Shown: positions 12,278-25,221 of the stretch, piece by piece
Layout of the letters: every line of letters starts with the position of its first letter
Numbering within the stretch: position 1 is the stretch's first letter
Assembly (NCBI RefSeq): GCF_018350175.1
Contig: NC_058368.1
Coordinates: 127,474,001-127,538,000, forward strand
Length of the DNA: 64,000 nt
DNA from: Felis catus
Taxonomy: Eukaryota
Direction: 5' to 3'
Notes under the pieces: generated by a model
What the model was told of the DNA's origin: nothing
What the model saw: only the letters and a program-made list of their open reading frames with translations
Databases searched by the model: none
Program-made: the position numbers and the translations under genes

Positions 12278-13176
12278 AGAAACCAACTTTTTAAATGGCA
12301 AAGAAAGTTATGCCCATCAGACTAAGATGTGTTCATTATCTTTATCTTTAGATACTATAAATTTTCTATGGACAGAATTTTTTGTAATGCCATCCCATCT
12401 CCAAAACAGATATTGCTAATGCCTAAAAGAAAACAAATATGTGGACCATGCACCTAATCACCAATATAAGGTAACTATTCTTTTAATTATCTTGGCCTCT
12501 TCTACAGCTACATGTCCCACAAGAATTGGACAAAATCCTTCATATAAATAACAAAGTTGAAATGTCTTCAAAGGACTATCAACTGGTTATCTTCCTAGAG
12601 TCTTCGTAGGGTTGTAACAGTACATTTGTCACGGTAGAAACTTGAGATTGTACCTTGGTCTCTCTCTAGGTATTCTGGCAAGCAAAGTTTAAAAGGAACC
12701 GTGACCTTGTAATCAATATTAATGGACAGACTTCTGTGCTTTATGTTAGTAGAGTTGCTACAGCAATGTTACAATGCTCCAAGGATTGCTATTGTTGCTG
12801 ACATTCCAAACCAAGTCAATAGAGTAATTATCTTACCTTCTTGAGAATATACTTCTTCTACCTCAGGTCACTGAACCTTTTATTTTTTTCGACATAAAAT
12901 TTCTATCCAAAAAGAAATCTAATACAACTGAGGATGAAGACTATAATAGTATTACATGAAGAAGAATCCCTTTTGAGGCCCTCTACCAAAGTGCTATGAT
13001 TTGATAGTATACATATTGCCTATGTGCAGAAGCACAATAATTATAGCAAACTTTAACATGAGATTATCTAAAATAATCTAATTTACTATCAATGCCAAAA
13101 AGACTAATTCCCCCACTATTCCCTGGAATCTGTGGATAGTCCAATGGGCCTGTCTCTAAAAATAATAGCCACAACA

Positions 13177-13391
13177 GGGGCGCCTGGGTGGCTCAGTTGG
13201 TTGAGCGTCTGACTTCAGCTCCGGTCATGATCTCGCAGTTCGTGAGTTTAAGCCCCACACTGGGCTCTGTGCTGACAGCTCAGAGCCTGGAGCCTGCTTC
13301 GGATTCTCTGTCTCCCTCTCTCTGCCCCTTCCCTGCTCATGTCTCTCTGTCTCTCAAAAATGAATAGACGTTTAAAAATTTAAAATAAAAT
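13177..13391 (+). mobile_element. Can-SINE (SINEC_Fc-type)
   Basis: Perfect 19-bp TSD AAAAATAATAGCCACAACA (13158-13176 / 13392-13410). Confidence 0.97.
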
Positions 13392-14341
13392 AAAAATAAT
13401 AGCCACAACAGTATCTCCAAAAAAATTTTTTTTAGAAAAGGTCTGTGGAACCCTATAAGCTTATTTGGTATTTGCCAAACATGGTCCCAAATCTTTAGCA
13501 ATTTTTCAATAAGCAATAAAGGGAAACTGCCCATGCAAGGTTTAAAAAATATATTCCAGGGAGGAGCCAAATAGCTCAGTCACTGTATTTGGATGCAGCT
13601 GTTGTGTTTTCTTCATAGGAATGCATAGCGTGGCTTACTGTTACTGAAGAAAGATGCTGGAAGGCAGATGTTTTTTTTAAGCAAGCAACTGAATTGTAAA
13701 AGTCCTAGCAATAATATATTTCACAATCCCTGAATAATTTGCCCCATCAACCTTCCTGATTCTTGGATTCCAAGAAGAATGAAGTTGATGGCTTATAACT
13801 AACTGTGTGAGGGGCATGACAGCTACTACTGATCAACCCTGATGTCAGAGTGAAATGTGTGTCTTCCTTGTTAATATGCATGCTCTTCTCCTCATGACGG
13901 ACTGTGCTAACCTGTGCAGATTGCAGACACACGGTTTCACTGCATGTCTCAAGCATATATAAGGAAGGGCCTAGGTGCTGTGCAGATGAATCATGTGTTT
14001 GCCTAGATCAAGTCATGGCACAGGAAATGCCAAAATGAATAACAGAACAGAGCAATTTCATGAAATAGACACTGTAAGTGAATATCACATTCCAATATAA
14101 CTTTCTGTCCAATTCAAAAATTTAATTTGCCTACCAAAGCCTGTTTAGCAGAACACACACATTGTAAGTTAGCCTTAGAATCTTCACTAGGCTTGCCCAG
14201 ATTCTCTGCCAGAAATACTTATTATAGATCTGAAGACCATATTTTTTTTTGACTCAACACTTCTCTGGGGGCTTCTTCACCCAGAGCCTTTGGCAATATC
14301 ACAATGGTAAAAACCAAGTTAAAATGAAAACTTCATATCTG

Positions 14342-14720
14342 GTATCGGTTGGCATGACTTTGGCTTCAAGTACTGGAAAACTATGACTCTGCTGAGGTAA
14401 AAAGGAGGAAATATCAATTTTCAGCTGGCCAAAAGTCCAAGGCAGGTGTGGTTAAAATGGCATGGCAGTGACATCAGTGACATCTCTACATCCTTTGCAC
14501 CTTTCTGCTCCTCATCCTCCACTGCCAGAATCCCTCTGACTAGCTCCCCTGGTGGCCTCTGAGATAGCTTGCAGACATTACAATGCAGAGTAAATGCTCC
14601 TCCTGAGCATCTAGAAGCCTTCCAGCAAACCCATCCCATAACTCACTTTCCATGAATGTGGCACCTGCCCACATAGGAGGATACTTGACTGCCCCTCGTC
14701 CACCTTCTAACAATACAGTA
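14342..14720 (-). mobile_element. MaLR LTR remnant, MLT1K/L-like
   Basis: GTATCGGTTGGCATGACTTTGGCTTCAAGTACTGGAAAAC...AAAAGTCCAAGGCAGG resembles antisense old MLT1 end. Confidence 0.55.
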
Positions 14721-14899
14721 CAGAATGGGATTTGAAATCAAGTTCCTATCTGTGTGTGTTTAATAAAAAGTGTTGCAGAAAGTAGGAGTTGCTAAAATCC
14801 CTCTTTTCTCATTGCATTCCCAACAGTGCCTCAATTGACCGGTCAGGTTGGCATAATGCCTGGGTAACTATTGCTTACCCACCCCCCTCCCCCAACTCA

Positions 14900-15720
14900 T
14901 GAAACCCTCCCAGAGTTTGCAGGACACCATATTCTTCTGGTTCTCATCCTACTGCTTAATCAACTTGGGTTTGTCTCACTTCTCTGGCTTCATACCTGCT
15001 TTCTACTCCCTTTCTGAAGTTTCAGCGACAAGCCCTCTTCTCTTTTCTTTTTAAAATGTCGCTCAACCATTTCAATGGCTTTAGATAGCACAGTCATATG
15101 AATGTTCTTCTAACTCATACCTCCACTCTCACCTCTCTTCCAAGTAGGGATTACTACTTGTATCACCTGTGTGCACCCAAACTCAACAAAACATTCTCTT
15201 CTTCTCCCGAGCTCACATCTTCTCCTGATTTCCCCAATTCTCTTCCCACCTCATCATTCCCCCAGTCATCCAGGACTGAGCCTGAGAATCATTTTGGGTG
15301 TCTCACTCTTTCTCAACTACCCTATTAATTTGTATATATAATATGCCATAATACCTATCACATAGTTCTAATCTGTCCCTGAGTCTTTCCTTTATCACCA
15401 AACTTAACTCCACATTAGCTCTTACCCTGTTGAATACACCAGTGTTGTTGTTTTTTTCAAATCCACCAGTCTTAATATTTCTTAGACCACACACCCTGTC
15501 TGTGCTCCCAAGAAATCATTCCAGATGAATCTTCCTGCAGCATTGCAACAACGTCTGCCTGCTAATTCACTCCATCCTGCACTTGAATTCACTGGCCCGC
15601 TGGTTCTTTCCCCAAATTGCACCATACTCCCTATTTCTGTGCCTTTGTTTAATGTTCTTTTCTCTTTATGCCATTTCCCTGTCTCTGCTTCTGTGGAAAT
15701 CCTACTCATCCTAAACCTCA
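14900..15720 (+). mobile_element. L2 fragment
   Basis: C/T-rich L2-type text: CCCTCTTCTCTTTTC, CATTTCAATGGCTTTA, CCCAAACTCAACA, TCTCCTGATTTCCCCAATTC, CATACTCCCTATTTCTGTGCCTTTG. Confidence 0.7.
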
Positions 15721-15809
15721 GAGGGTTGAGAAGAAATGTTTGTATCCTCAAGACAATATACAAGATTATCGTGGTTCAAGTCTGTGTGTCATTTATTAAC
15801 TGAAATTGA

Positions 15810-16005
15810 GGGGCCAATACTTCAATTCTGTGAGATTCAGGCATTCCTCTGTAAAGAGGGAGAGAGTATAATACTTTCCCTGTCTCTGTCATAATTGAAT
15901 TACTTCAGCTGATAGTTGAAATTAACAGAAATTTTAAACGAGATGAATATGTGAAAGCAAGTGCAAAAGCTAACATGCTATGTATAGTGGAAAGTGTTAT
16001 TATCA
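15810..16005 (+). mobile_element. MIR fragment
   Basis: TTCCTCTGTAAAG...TTAAACGAGATGAATATGTGAAAGC...GTTATTAT. Confidence 0.55.
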
Positions 16006-17049
16006 ACATCTTCCTAACGCTATGGATTCACAGTATGCTTAGGGTATCTTTCCGGGATTCTACTGACAGTTATCACATTTATGGTCAATGTTGATGATTT
16101 CTCTCTTGGCATGTGTTTAGCCACTTAAAAACAGGCCTGCTGAGGTTTATGGAGTCTACTGGAATGTAGAGTCACACCCAGAAGACATAATAGATTCTGA
16201 AACTTCATGACATATTTAGTTAGGGTACGAAAGAAACAAAAGATATTAGTTATAATATCACAATCATAGGGAAAATTCCCTTTATTCAAATGTAAATAGT
16301 AATTTTAATAATCTCTATGAGTACATAATTTGAAATATTTATGTAAATATTGATTGAGGAATTGATCTTTTACTCATGCTGAAGTTACTTGGCTATCCTG
16401 TGAACAGTTGGTTTTACACTAATGTATGCCATGAAAAATTTAAGATTCAGCTATTTCTGGAGAGTAGCAGTTACATGCTAGGCATAATAGAATACCATGG
16501 GCTTGCTGAGAGGCCTGGTCGAGGAGATTGCTTTTTAGCATTTAAAACACTTGAAGGGAAACTTCTAAAACCATGGTATTCATTCCATATTTGATGTTAC
16601 AATATGTACTGTAAGATTTTTTCCCCTTTTCTCTTTTATTTTTTCCTTTTTTTTAAAAATTTTCTTCCTTCCCTCCTCCCTCCCTCCCTCTTTTTTCTTT
16701 TCTTTTCCTTCTTCTTTCTTTCTTAGCCTGAAGAACTCTCCCACAGCCTCAGAATTTTCTCTCCATTTTCATCCATCCTTTATTAATTGATAATGCTGAA
16801 ACATTAAATACACTCAAGCCTGTATTCTACCAGTCAGTGCTGCCATTTAAAGCACAAAATTTATAGCACCATCTAGTTTAACCCTTAATTTTATACATGT
16901 GGGTCCATAACACAGCAACACTGTCCATTCCCCAATTGTTCCTTAAGATTCACTTTCATGTTATGCAAAATTAATTAGTGCTCTACTTTGTCAATTCTAT
17001 TGTGCACCTCCATAAACTAATACGGAAAAGGGAGTGGCAGGTTGCTTAA

Positions 17050-17240
17050 AAGCAACATAGCATTATGATAAACAGCACAGATTGAATTACCTGTTTCTCA
17101 GTTTTCTCATCTAAAAACTGGGAGTAACAAGCATGCATATAACTTGAGTAGTTATTAAGATTAATTGGATTAATGTGCACAAAATGATTAAAGTAGTACT
17201 TGACATGTAAGTACTCTGTAAGTATCAGCTATTATTATAT
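17050..17240 (+). mobile_element. MIR, internally deleted
   Basis: CATAGCATTATGATAAACAGCACAGA head; CTCAGTTTTCTCATCTAAAAACTGGGA core; CAGCTATTATTAT end. Confidence 0.75.
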
Positions 17241-18369
17241 TTGTTGGTTTAGCTATCTTATTATTCTAGGATATCATTATGTCAGTGCATGTAGTGAGCA
17301 GGTTTCTATCCTGGTAACATCATGGCTATGACCACCCTCCTTTCAGTTGCTAGATCAAAAGAAGAAATTGGCAAAGATTCAAATAGAAATCAGGCCTGCA
17401 AAGCACCACGTCAAAGGGCAGGAGTAACTCCTTTATTTCAAGGAAGGATAACTCCTGTTTGGCCAGTATAGATTCCTTTCCAGTTAAGTAAATAACTTTG
17501 TAGTGAATGGTAGGCAATGAAAAGACGAAATGGCATATAGAGGTTGACAAAGACAGCAACCATGATAATTAGTTAGACTTCCAAACAATAAAGAGAAACC
17601 AAGTATTTACTTATTATTTTTCTATTAATATCTTTTAAATTAAAATCACTACCCATGGAATATTCAGCAAAGGCTGGAAATCCTTATCTTCAGATATTTC
17701 TAAATGGTTAAAACCTTCCTTTCTAAGAGAACTTGCATTTAGATATATTATCCTTAAACTCAGGATCTTTAAGAGATCTGAATTTTTCATTATCTCTACA
17801 GCACACTCTTGGAGATAAGATGTTTCACATATTCATGGTCTCTCCCTGAATCTTGGAAAGTCTTCAGGCAAAACGGCAAAGCTGGAGCCCAAGTTGAGGC
17901 AGAGCCTTATTTCTGCCAACAATATCATGCCTGGCCAGGCCTAAAAGATTTGCCAAGACCACACAGCCAGACTAGATGGTAAATTGGAGTTATAATTCTT
18001 TTTGCAACTGGAAGCCATTCTGAACTCTTGCCTAAAGTTTGAGAAAGTGAAAAGGTACCCAAACCAGAAATCATTAAGACTCAGAGATAATTATATTGGA
18101 AAACCAACAAGCATTTACCTAATGATTCCCCAGAGCCACTCCTAGAAAAAGGAATGAAAAGGAAAGGTTTACACCACCTACAACACAAAGATTCAAGGCA
18201 GTCAATGAGCCAAAGAATAAAACTACAGTTCTGAAATTTTATAATAACCTGGTACTACTCCCTTCACATTTTTGAATAGTTCACATTACTATAATGTAGT
18301 CAGATATATAATTGGTTTTATGCATCTATCCTTAAAACACCAAGAGCAAATTAAAATCACTGCACTGAG

Positions 18370-18598
18370 GGGCGCCTGGGTGGCTCAGTCGGTCGAGCGT
18401 CCGACTTCGGCTCAGGTCACGATCTTGCGGTCCGTGAGTTCGAGCCCCGCGTCGGGCTCTGGGCTGATGGCTCAGAGCCTGGAGCCTGCTTCTGATTCTG
18501 TGTCTCCCTCTCTCTCTGCCCTTCCCCCGTTCATGCTCTGTCTCTCTCTGTCTCAAAAATAAATAAACGTTTAAAAAAAAATAAAAAATAAAATAAAA
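18370..18598 (+). mobile_element. Young Can-SINE (SINEC_Fc-type)
   Basis: Most CpGs intact; perfect TSD TAAAATCACTGCACTGAG (18352-18369 / 18599-18616). Confidence 0.97.
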
Positions 18599-19704
18599 TA
18601 AAATCACTGCACTGAGAAACACCGTCATCAGCAATTCTTTTTGCATAAACTATTTTAACTTTTTGTTACTGAAGATTTTTTGCTTCTAAGTCCACAAAGC
18701 AAATTGCTCAACATGATGCACTACAAAAAGTCCAGGATGCCTCACAAATTAATCTCTCTTGTATATAATGACTACATATATAAAATGAAAGGGTGACATG
18801 TGATGTTCGAAATCCTTTCAGCTCTAAAGTTCTATGAAATAGGTATTTTTTTCAAGTATCAGAAGAGAAAGAGAAGGATGTTTAATATTCTGAGCTTGTA
18901 ATACTTCAACTTTCCAGACAGTCACCACTGAGCCTATACAATTACTGACAAATAGCTCTGAAACCATCCCATGAAAATGTGCCACCGATGTATTGTATTT
19001 TTGTCCACTAATGTCTTAAGTACACGAAATAGCTGCATTCATATTTTCTACATTTCTAAAATAAGGACACTGAAAAGATATCCTGAGTCGCTTTTAACTC
19101 AGTTTTCTAAATCTACAATTTTATAACAACAAATCGTACTTCCTACAGAGAAGTCTTATATTCTAGATTACCAAGTGTAAATTTTTGCTCAGGAAGGTTA
19201 AATTGATACTCTAGGGACTTCCCTGTGCTCTGAGGGATATGATGAGGCTTTTTTTGGTGGGAGAGTAAATGAACCATGATGGGTGTGCCTAAGACTGGGC
19301 AGAATGCAATTTATTTTACTTGATTTACAAAAAAATAAAAAAAGACTATATAAACTTTACAGCATTCACCAGTATTCCTATTCTTTAATACATGGCTCAC
19401 TGACTAGGACCCAGTTTTTCATGTAGATATAATATGTTTCCTTGTTCCTGATGAGTTTTTGGAAACCAAAACAAACCTCCTTCTGAACTACCTCCTAAAA
19501 GCATACTTCAGATTTGTGCTAAGTAATAATTGTCACCTTACAAACCTAATCATTACTCCTTTTTTGAATGCAAAGTAGTGTGCTATTGATTTGCTGACTT
19601 TAATAAATCAAAACCATATGGGAAGTACATTTCTCCCATCCTCTTCCTGGCTTTTATGTGAACTGCACTCAAATTCTGGAACAGCTTCATTCTATGGGGA
19701 GGTA

Positions 19705-19723
19705 TACTGCCATCTAGTGACCA
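19705..19723 (-). promoter_or_regulatory. CTCF-binding motif
   Basis: Minus strand TGGTCACTAGATGGCAGTA fits core CCASYAGRKGGCRS with one mismatch; lies in unique sequence. Confidence 0.65.
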
Positions 19724-20342
19724 TATAGGAAATCACATCTGTGCATTTTCCCTCTAGACTAGGTAGTGCAATGAGGAATTGGACTGGAATCGAAAGAAGA
19801 GAAACAGGAAAGAAATTCCTCCAGCAGGAATTTTAGGTAACCATTTGCTACATACATTATTCCGCATATCCTTTACTAGCCAATATGATTATAACAATAC
19901 TAACATGGCATTCTCACTCTCTTGGGGTTACTTTCTAATTTTAACCCACCACTGTTACATAGTTTCCTAAACAAATGCTTTTACATGGAACATTTAACAT
20001 CAATAAACCAGATATTTGTTCATTAAAAGTTAATAGGATTTTTAAAATGTAATTCCAAACAATGCACTGTAAAATACATTTACTTAAAATTGCATCATTT
20101 TATTGACTCTAAGCGATACCCTGCTAGGATAATACTAAATTGTTGAATATTTAAAACACCACAAATTTTAGATGAAATAAATGGCATGCTATTTAAAGAG
20201 TAAATATTTTCTCAGCATACAATCAACAATTGCTCCTCATTGTCAGGAAAAAGAACCTGATTGTATTTCTAGTTTAATTGTGGTATTAAGGCAGGTATCC
20301 TAAATAAGATACACTTGCCTGGGTCAGGTTAGATGTCCATAA

Positions 20343-20380
20343 CATCCTGGCAGATTATGTCCATCCTGGCAGATTATGTT
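20343..20380. repeat. 19-bp tandem duplication
   Basis: (catcctggcagattatgt[c/t])x2. Confidence 0.93.
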
Positions 20381-21529
20381 CCTCCATCTGGAAAGTTCTA
20401 CAAATACAAGGAACATGTCTGATGCATCTTTTTGTCTCCACCCACCACCCCCCATTTGCTAGCATAACGCCTGGAGTGTCATACAGCTCTTGAGTCATAA
20501 TTTTGGAGATTTTTATTCACAATGGAAACAGAGACTCTCTTCTCTATGCTTTACTACTCTTCTTCTGAGATGCTCTTTCTACAAGTTGTGCTCTGACTTG
20601 TTTGATATTCACCATGCTCGTTCCTAAAATCTTTAGAATCCTGAGTATCCATGTCCAAAGGGCATCTCGTCCATGAGTTATCCCTTTAACAGGCAGGTAA
20701 CTATAGTTAATGCACCATTTGATGAACTGGATACACAAGGATGGGAATGAGGAACTCTTAATTCTTAGTATTTTCAATGGTTAATATTAGCATTCTAGTA
20801 TAAGGAGGTTTCAGTCCTATAACACACACAGCATTATTTACAGTTTAAAATCAGAATTTTTAGAATTATGAGATTGGACTACAGTGCACTACATACTACC
20901 ATGTGGCTCACAAAAAAAAATGTACTTTATTTTTAAATAATGCGCAGGAAAACTCCTTAATCATCCTTACTGCCTAGTGACTTCTAGGTGAATCATGGCA
21001 TATATGTGTCAATCTCAACTATGTAATATCTATACCTGTACTCCAACTAACTATAACTAGGTTTTCACTGTGGGGTATAATGAATTTCAGTGAGACTATT
21101 CAGATAACTAATTTACCAAATAAATATTCCAAAAACATTTTATTTGTAGAGCAAAATTCAAAAAGATAGATTTATCTTTCTCTAGGATTGCTGAATTGGG
21201 ATTCAAGTCAGTGATTTTCCTATAATCTACAGTAAACTACTCATCATACTGCTCCTCTCCAAGGACAGACTGTCACAAGGTAGAAAGGAACTCTTTTTAG
21301 CCGACACCCCCACGAGTACCTAGTGTTCAACCATATAGCTCCCACTCATAAAGTCACAAATGTTTGTCCCTAAGGTAAATAAGTATATCTGTGGACTATA
21401 GCCTAAGAGTTACAGAGTTATTATTGCCTCCTGATCTATAGGTGTTCAAAGCATATGAAATGGACTGATAAAATGTCATGATACACATGGCAAAAAGTCA
21501 AGGAATGTTTGTAATGGAAACTGAAAGGA

Positions 21530-21630
21530 CCTCAGAGCCTTGTGACCTGGGTTCAAGTCTAAATCTTCCACTTTATAGTCAGGGCAGTTACTGCACCCTC
21601 TGAGTCCAAGTTTCCTCATGGAATTGAGAA
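21530..21630 (+). mobile_element. MIR fragment
   Basis: ACCTGGGTTCAAGTC...GGGCAGTTAC...CTCTGAGTCCAAGTTTCCTCAT. Confidence 0.65.
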
Positions 21631-21728
21631 AACATACAGAGATACTCTCTGCTAATCTTGATGACCCAAAGTTCTGCTTTTGACACACACCAAACTTTAA
21701 AGACAGCAATAATTTTCAGAGAAAGTCT

Positions 21729-21934
21729 GGGGCACATGGGCAGCTCAGTCAGTTAGGTGTCTGACTCCAGCTCAGGCCATGATCTCATGGTTCATGGGTT
21801 TGAGCCCCATGTCGGGCTCTGCGCTGACAGCTCAGAACCTGGAGCCTGCTTCAGGTTCTGTGTCTCCCCCTCTCTCTGCTCCTCCCCTGCTTGTGCTCTC
21901 TCTCTCAAAAATAAATAATAAGCATTTAAAAAAA
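21729..21934 (+). mobile_element. Can-SINE
   Basis: GGGGCACATGGGCAGCTCAGTC head, CT linker, A tail; short TSD aaagtc. Confidence 0.94.
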
Positions 21935-22626
21935 GGAAAAGTCAAGGTAATACTGAAATGTCTGTTAAGAAACATGCTAATGACAAATACAAATTGAAGA
22001 GATTATCATCTAACCTGTAAAGATTTTAAGTTTAGAGAGGGTTTGGCTGCTGAGATTAGGAATGAAGTTATATACTCAATTCAAGCACCTATTTCTCTTT
22101 TGTGAAACAGAAGGCAGTTTTTCTAAGCAATGATGGTGCAAATTACATTTATCTTTCAAAATAAGGAAAATAAAATCAGGAGAGGTTTTTATGACTAGTT
22201 TTAATAAATAAATCCATAAGATTGTATACCGGGAAGAGTTCTCTCAGGAATGAATTTTATGTTTAGCATTGCCTTTCAGACACAGGTAATATTTTTAGAC
22301 ACTTCATCTATTTCAGAGACTAAAAGCATGTATTCAGTTATATTTCCATTGAGTCAATAAATATTTCTTAAAGGCCTTCTCCGTGACAAGCAGAGATTTG
22401 GGAATAGATTATTTGTATTTTACGATGAAGATTAAAGTAAGAGGTCATATTAAACTTGTAATAAACTAATAAACCAGCAGAAAGAGATACTTAAAAATGA
22501 GGGATTTTACAGTTTCTTATAGTCCAAAGAAGCATTGTATCTGCTTTAATTATCAAACAACTTTGTGTTTCATAAGAAAATTAGATAAAATGTATATAAA
22601 GTATATATACTAATGTATATATTTTA

Positions 22627-22663
22627 CTTTTATTTTTATTTATTTTAGTGTTTATTCATTTCT

Positions 22664-22694
<31 letters not shown>

Positions 22695-22869
22695 CACACG
22701 TGTGTCCATGTGAACAGGGGAGGGGCAGAGAGAGGGGGGCACAGAGGATCTGAAGCAGGCTCTGTGCTGACAGCAGAAAGCTCAGATGTGGGGCTTGAAC
22801 TTATGAACTGCAAGATCATGACCTGAGCTGATGTCGGCCACTTAACCAAGTGAGCCACCCAGGTGCCCC
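22627..22869 (-). mobile_element. Can-SINE
   Basis: Antisense body ending GAGCCACCCAGGTGCCCC; TSD aa[t/a]gtatatatttta. Confidence 0.94.
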
Positions 22870-23372
22870 AAAAGTATATATTTTAATGGATGAGAAAGCA
22901 ACAAGAAAGAAAACAGGAGGGGCTTTATAATGGGAGAAAAACAGAAAGAAAAGAACAGCCAAAACTCTTAATGCCCCAATCTTCTGAATTAAAAGAAAAG
23001 TTACTTAAGTATATTTTAAAGTCCACAGTTATCTGTATATGTGCCTACAGAAAGTCATAATTAAACAGGCATTATCATTCTACCACACACATGTAGAAAG
23101 GCAAATGCTGGATGGAACATATTAAACATGTTTCTTCACTGTTTAGCAGTCTTACACCAGTGATGTAATTCATAAGCTATCTATATTCCAGTGACCTGGC
23201 CTCTGTTGATCCACCTAAAAAGCACTCTACTTAGCATTTATCTAGACTTTCTTAGGAAGGAGCTTAAGGTTTTTTGAATTAATCATCTACTGACTCTTAT
23301 CACACTAAGAGAGAAAGACAGCAATCATCATGAACCATCTGGGATGAATGAGCAATGCAGAGGCGCAGAAAA

Positions 23373-23441
23373 TCACGTGAGACAGCCAATAACTTGCTCC
23401 CATTGTTCTTTTTCATTGTTCTTCTGACAAAGAACAATGGG
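23373..23441. promoter_or_regulatory. Candidate enhancer motif cluster (E-box, CCAAT, 3 SOX sites)
   Basis: TCACGTGA 23373-23380; GCCAAT 23385-23390; CATTGTT 23401 and 23414; AACAATG 23433. Confidence 0.35.
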
Positions 23442-23799
23442 CATTATGGGCTTCTCAGAACTACAGATTACAAAGTTCAGCCAGATGCTTTTTCATACAG
23501 ACAGACATAGCTGACACATGCAGTGACATTTCTACAGGACTGCAAGACTAGCAATGGTCAATACCAATGTACTAACAGCAGAATGTACGTGGAGAGAATT
23601 ATAAAGGCATTTAACTCAAGAATTAGAAATAGAAAGGTTTTCTGAATTAGCCCTAAGCTAAGCAAACCATCCAGAAAACCAGATCACCCTACCACCCAGC
23701 CATTTGTCCCTGTGACCCCTCTTGGGGTGTGACTCATTAAGGGAGTCATTTGTGACCCACTCTGTTCCTGAACCACATTGATCACATTTTGGCACAGCC

Positions 23800-23943
23800 T
23801 GGTAAGTATTTTTTTATATTTATGATCATCTCTCCACTAAACTTTTAGTGTCTAGGGGCCAAATACCTTACTTATTTTTGTATTCTGAAGCCCTATCAAA
23901 CACAATAAGCACCGAATAAATGATGAATTAATTAAGTAAATGA
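23800..23943 (+). mobile_element. L2 3' end
   Basis: CTCTCCACTAAAC...TTATTTTTGTATTC...AATAAGCACCGAATAAATGATGAAT. Confidence 0.6.
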
Positions 23944-24299
23944 TCTCAGAATTGAGGTTGATTAAAACCGAGGTGCATACGTAAGCCACCAAGGCCTAAA
24001 ATGACGGCTTAGTACCCAAGGAACTGTTCAAATACTATAATTTATTATCAAAGAAATGAAAAATATTGTCATGGCTTTGCTTTCAAGAAAAATATGGCAT
24101 TAGACAAAATATTTGCTAGATTGTTGTTATTTCTGTATTGTAAAAGTATTTTTTTCAAAATTTAAGGTACAAATTTAATATGAGGAAATAAACATTTTCT
24201 ATAATCCTATCAGATGGCATTGGTTTTATATTTAAATTTGTTTTAAAAATTTGCAAAAAGAAAAAAAAGAAAAAAGAAAAATGTGTAAAGAACTATATT

Positions 24300-24680
24300 A
24301 GGTATAGTTTTAATTTTTAAAATAAATATCTCTATCATCATTTTTTATAAATATGTGGAGGCACTATAATTTTTAATAGGGTGCTATTAATGTATATTCA
24401 TCCCCAAATATTTGACTATTATCAACTTAGCAATGAGCATCCTTATGCAATTAGCTTTGCCCACTTCTCTTATTACTACCTCAAGATAAACGTCTAGCAG
24501 TGAAATTGCTACAGCTAAAGGGTATGCATATTTTTAGGGCTTTTGACAAGGAGTGTTAAATTACCTTAGTCAGTATATCCAATTTATAGTCTCAAAAAAT
24601 ATATGTGTGTCCATTTGCTTACCCCTTACTTGACCTGGTTGTTACTAATCTTGCTAATATTTTACAATATATTTCAGCAA
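24300..24680 (-). mobile_element. Old L1 fragment (L1ME-like)
   Basis: GCAATGAGCATCCTT...CTAGCAGTGAAATTGCT...AAAGGGTATGCATATTTT...CCAATTTATAGTCTC antisense L1 ORF2 end. Confidence 0.7.
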
Positions 24681-25021
24681 ATTTTCAAATTACTGTCAAC
24701 GAAGACTCAGAGACAAGCATATTCCCTCAGTTTATTATCTCTAATATTGCAAAAGTCAACAAGGAATGAAGAGTTCCACATTTTTAACCCTTAATACGTG
24801 TTACATAATCAGTCTCTCTTATAATGACACAATTCCTATTTGCACAGCTAAACCACAGGGAAAGTGCAGCAAATTTTAATTTCAATGTTGCTGAACCTAG
24901 AAACATTTTCTAGACTAAAGTGTATGAGTGTCATAGTAACAATGGCTTAAAGAAATGATGTTTTCCATACTAACTGAAATAAAACTGATTATCCTGATAC
25001 AGTGAGTACTTTTGCATTGTT

Positions 25022-25179
25022 GAAGAAGAAGGAGAAGGAGAAGGAGAATAAGGAGGAGGGGGAGGAAGAGGAGGAGGAAAAGGAGAAGAAAGAAGAGGAT
25101 GAGGAGAAGGAAAAGGGACAGAAGGGAAGGGGGGGAAAGGGATAGGGGGAGGAAAGAGAGGGCAAGGGGAAGACAACGT

Positions 25180-25220
<41 letters not shown>

Positions 25221-25221
25221 G
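25022..25221. repeat. ~150-bp near-pure purine tract followed by (TTG)14
   Basis: GAA/GGA/GGG-rich 25022-25173; (TTG)14 25180-25221. Confidence 0.93.

Noticed and set aside
12837..12902. Minus-strand exon-like segment TTTTTGGATAG|AAATTT...GAAG|GTAAGA
   Set aside because: Stops in all three frames, so not coding; the AG|GTAAG lacks a pyrimidine tract, so not an RS site. A non-coding exon cannot be excluded.
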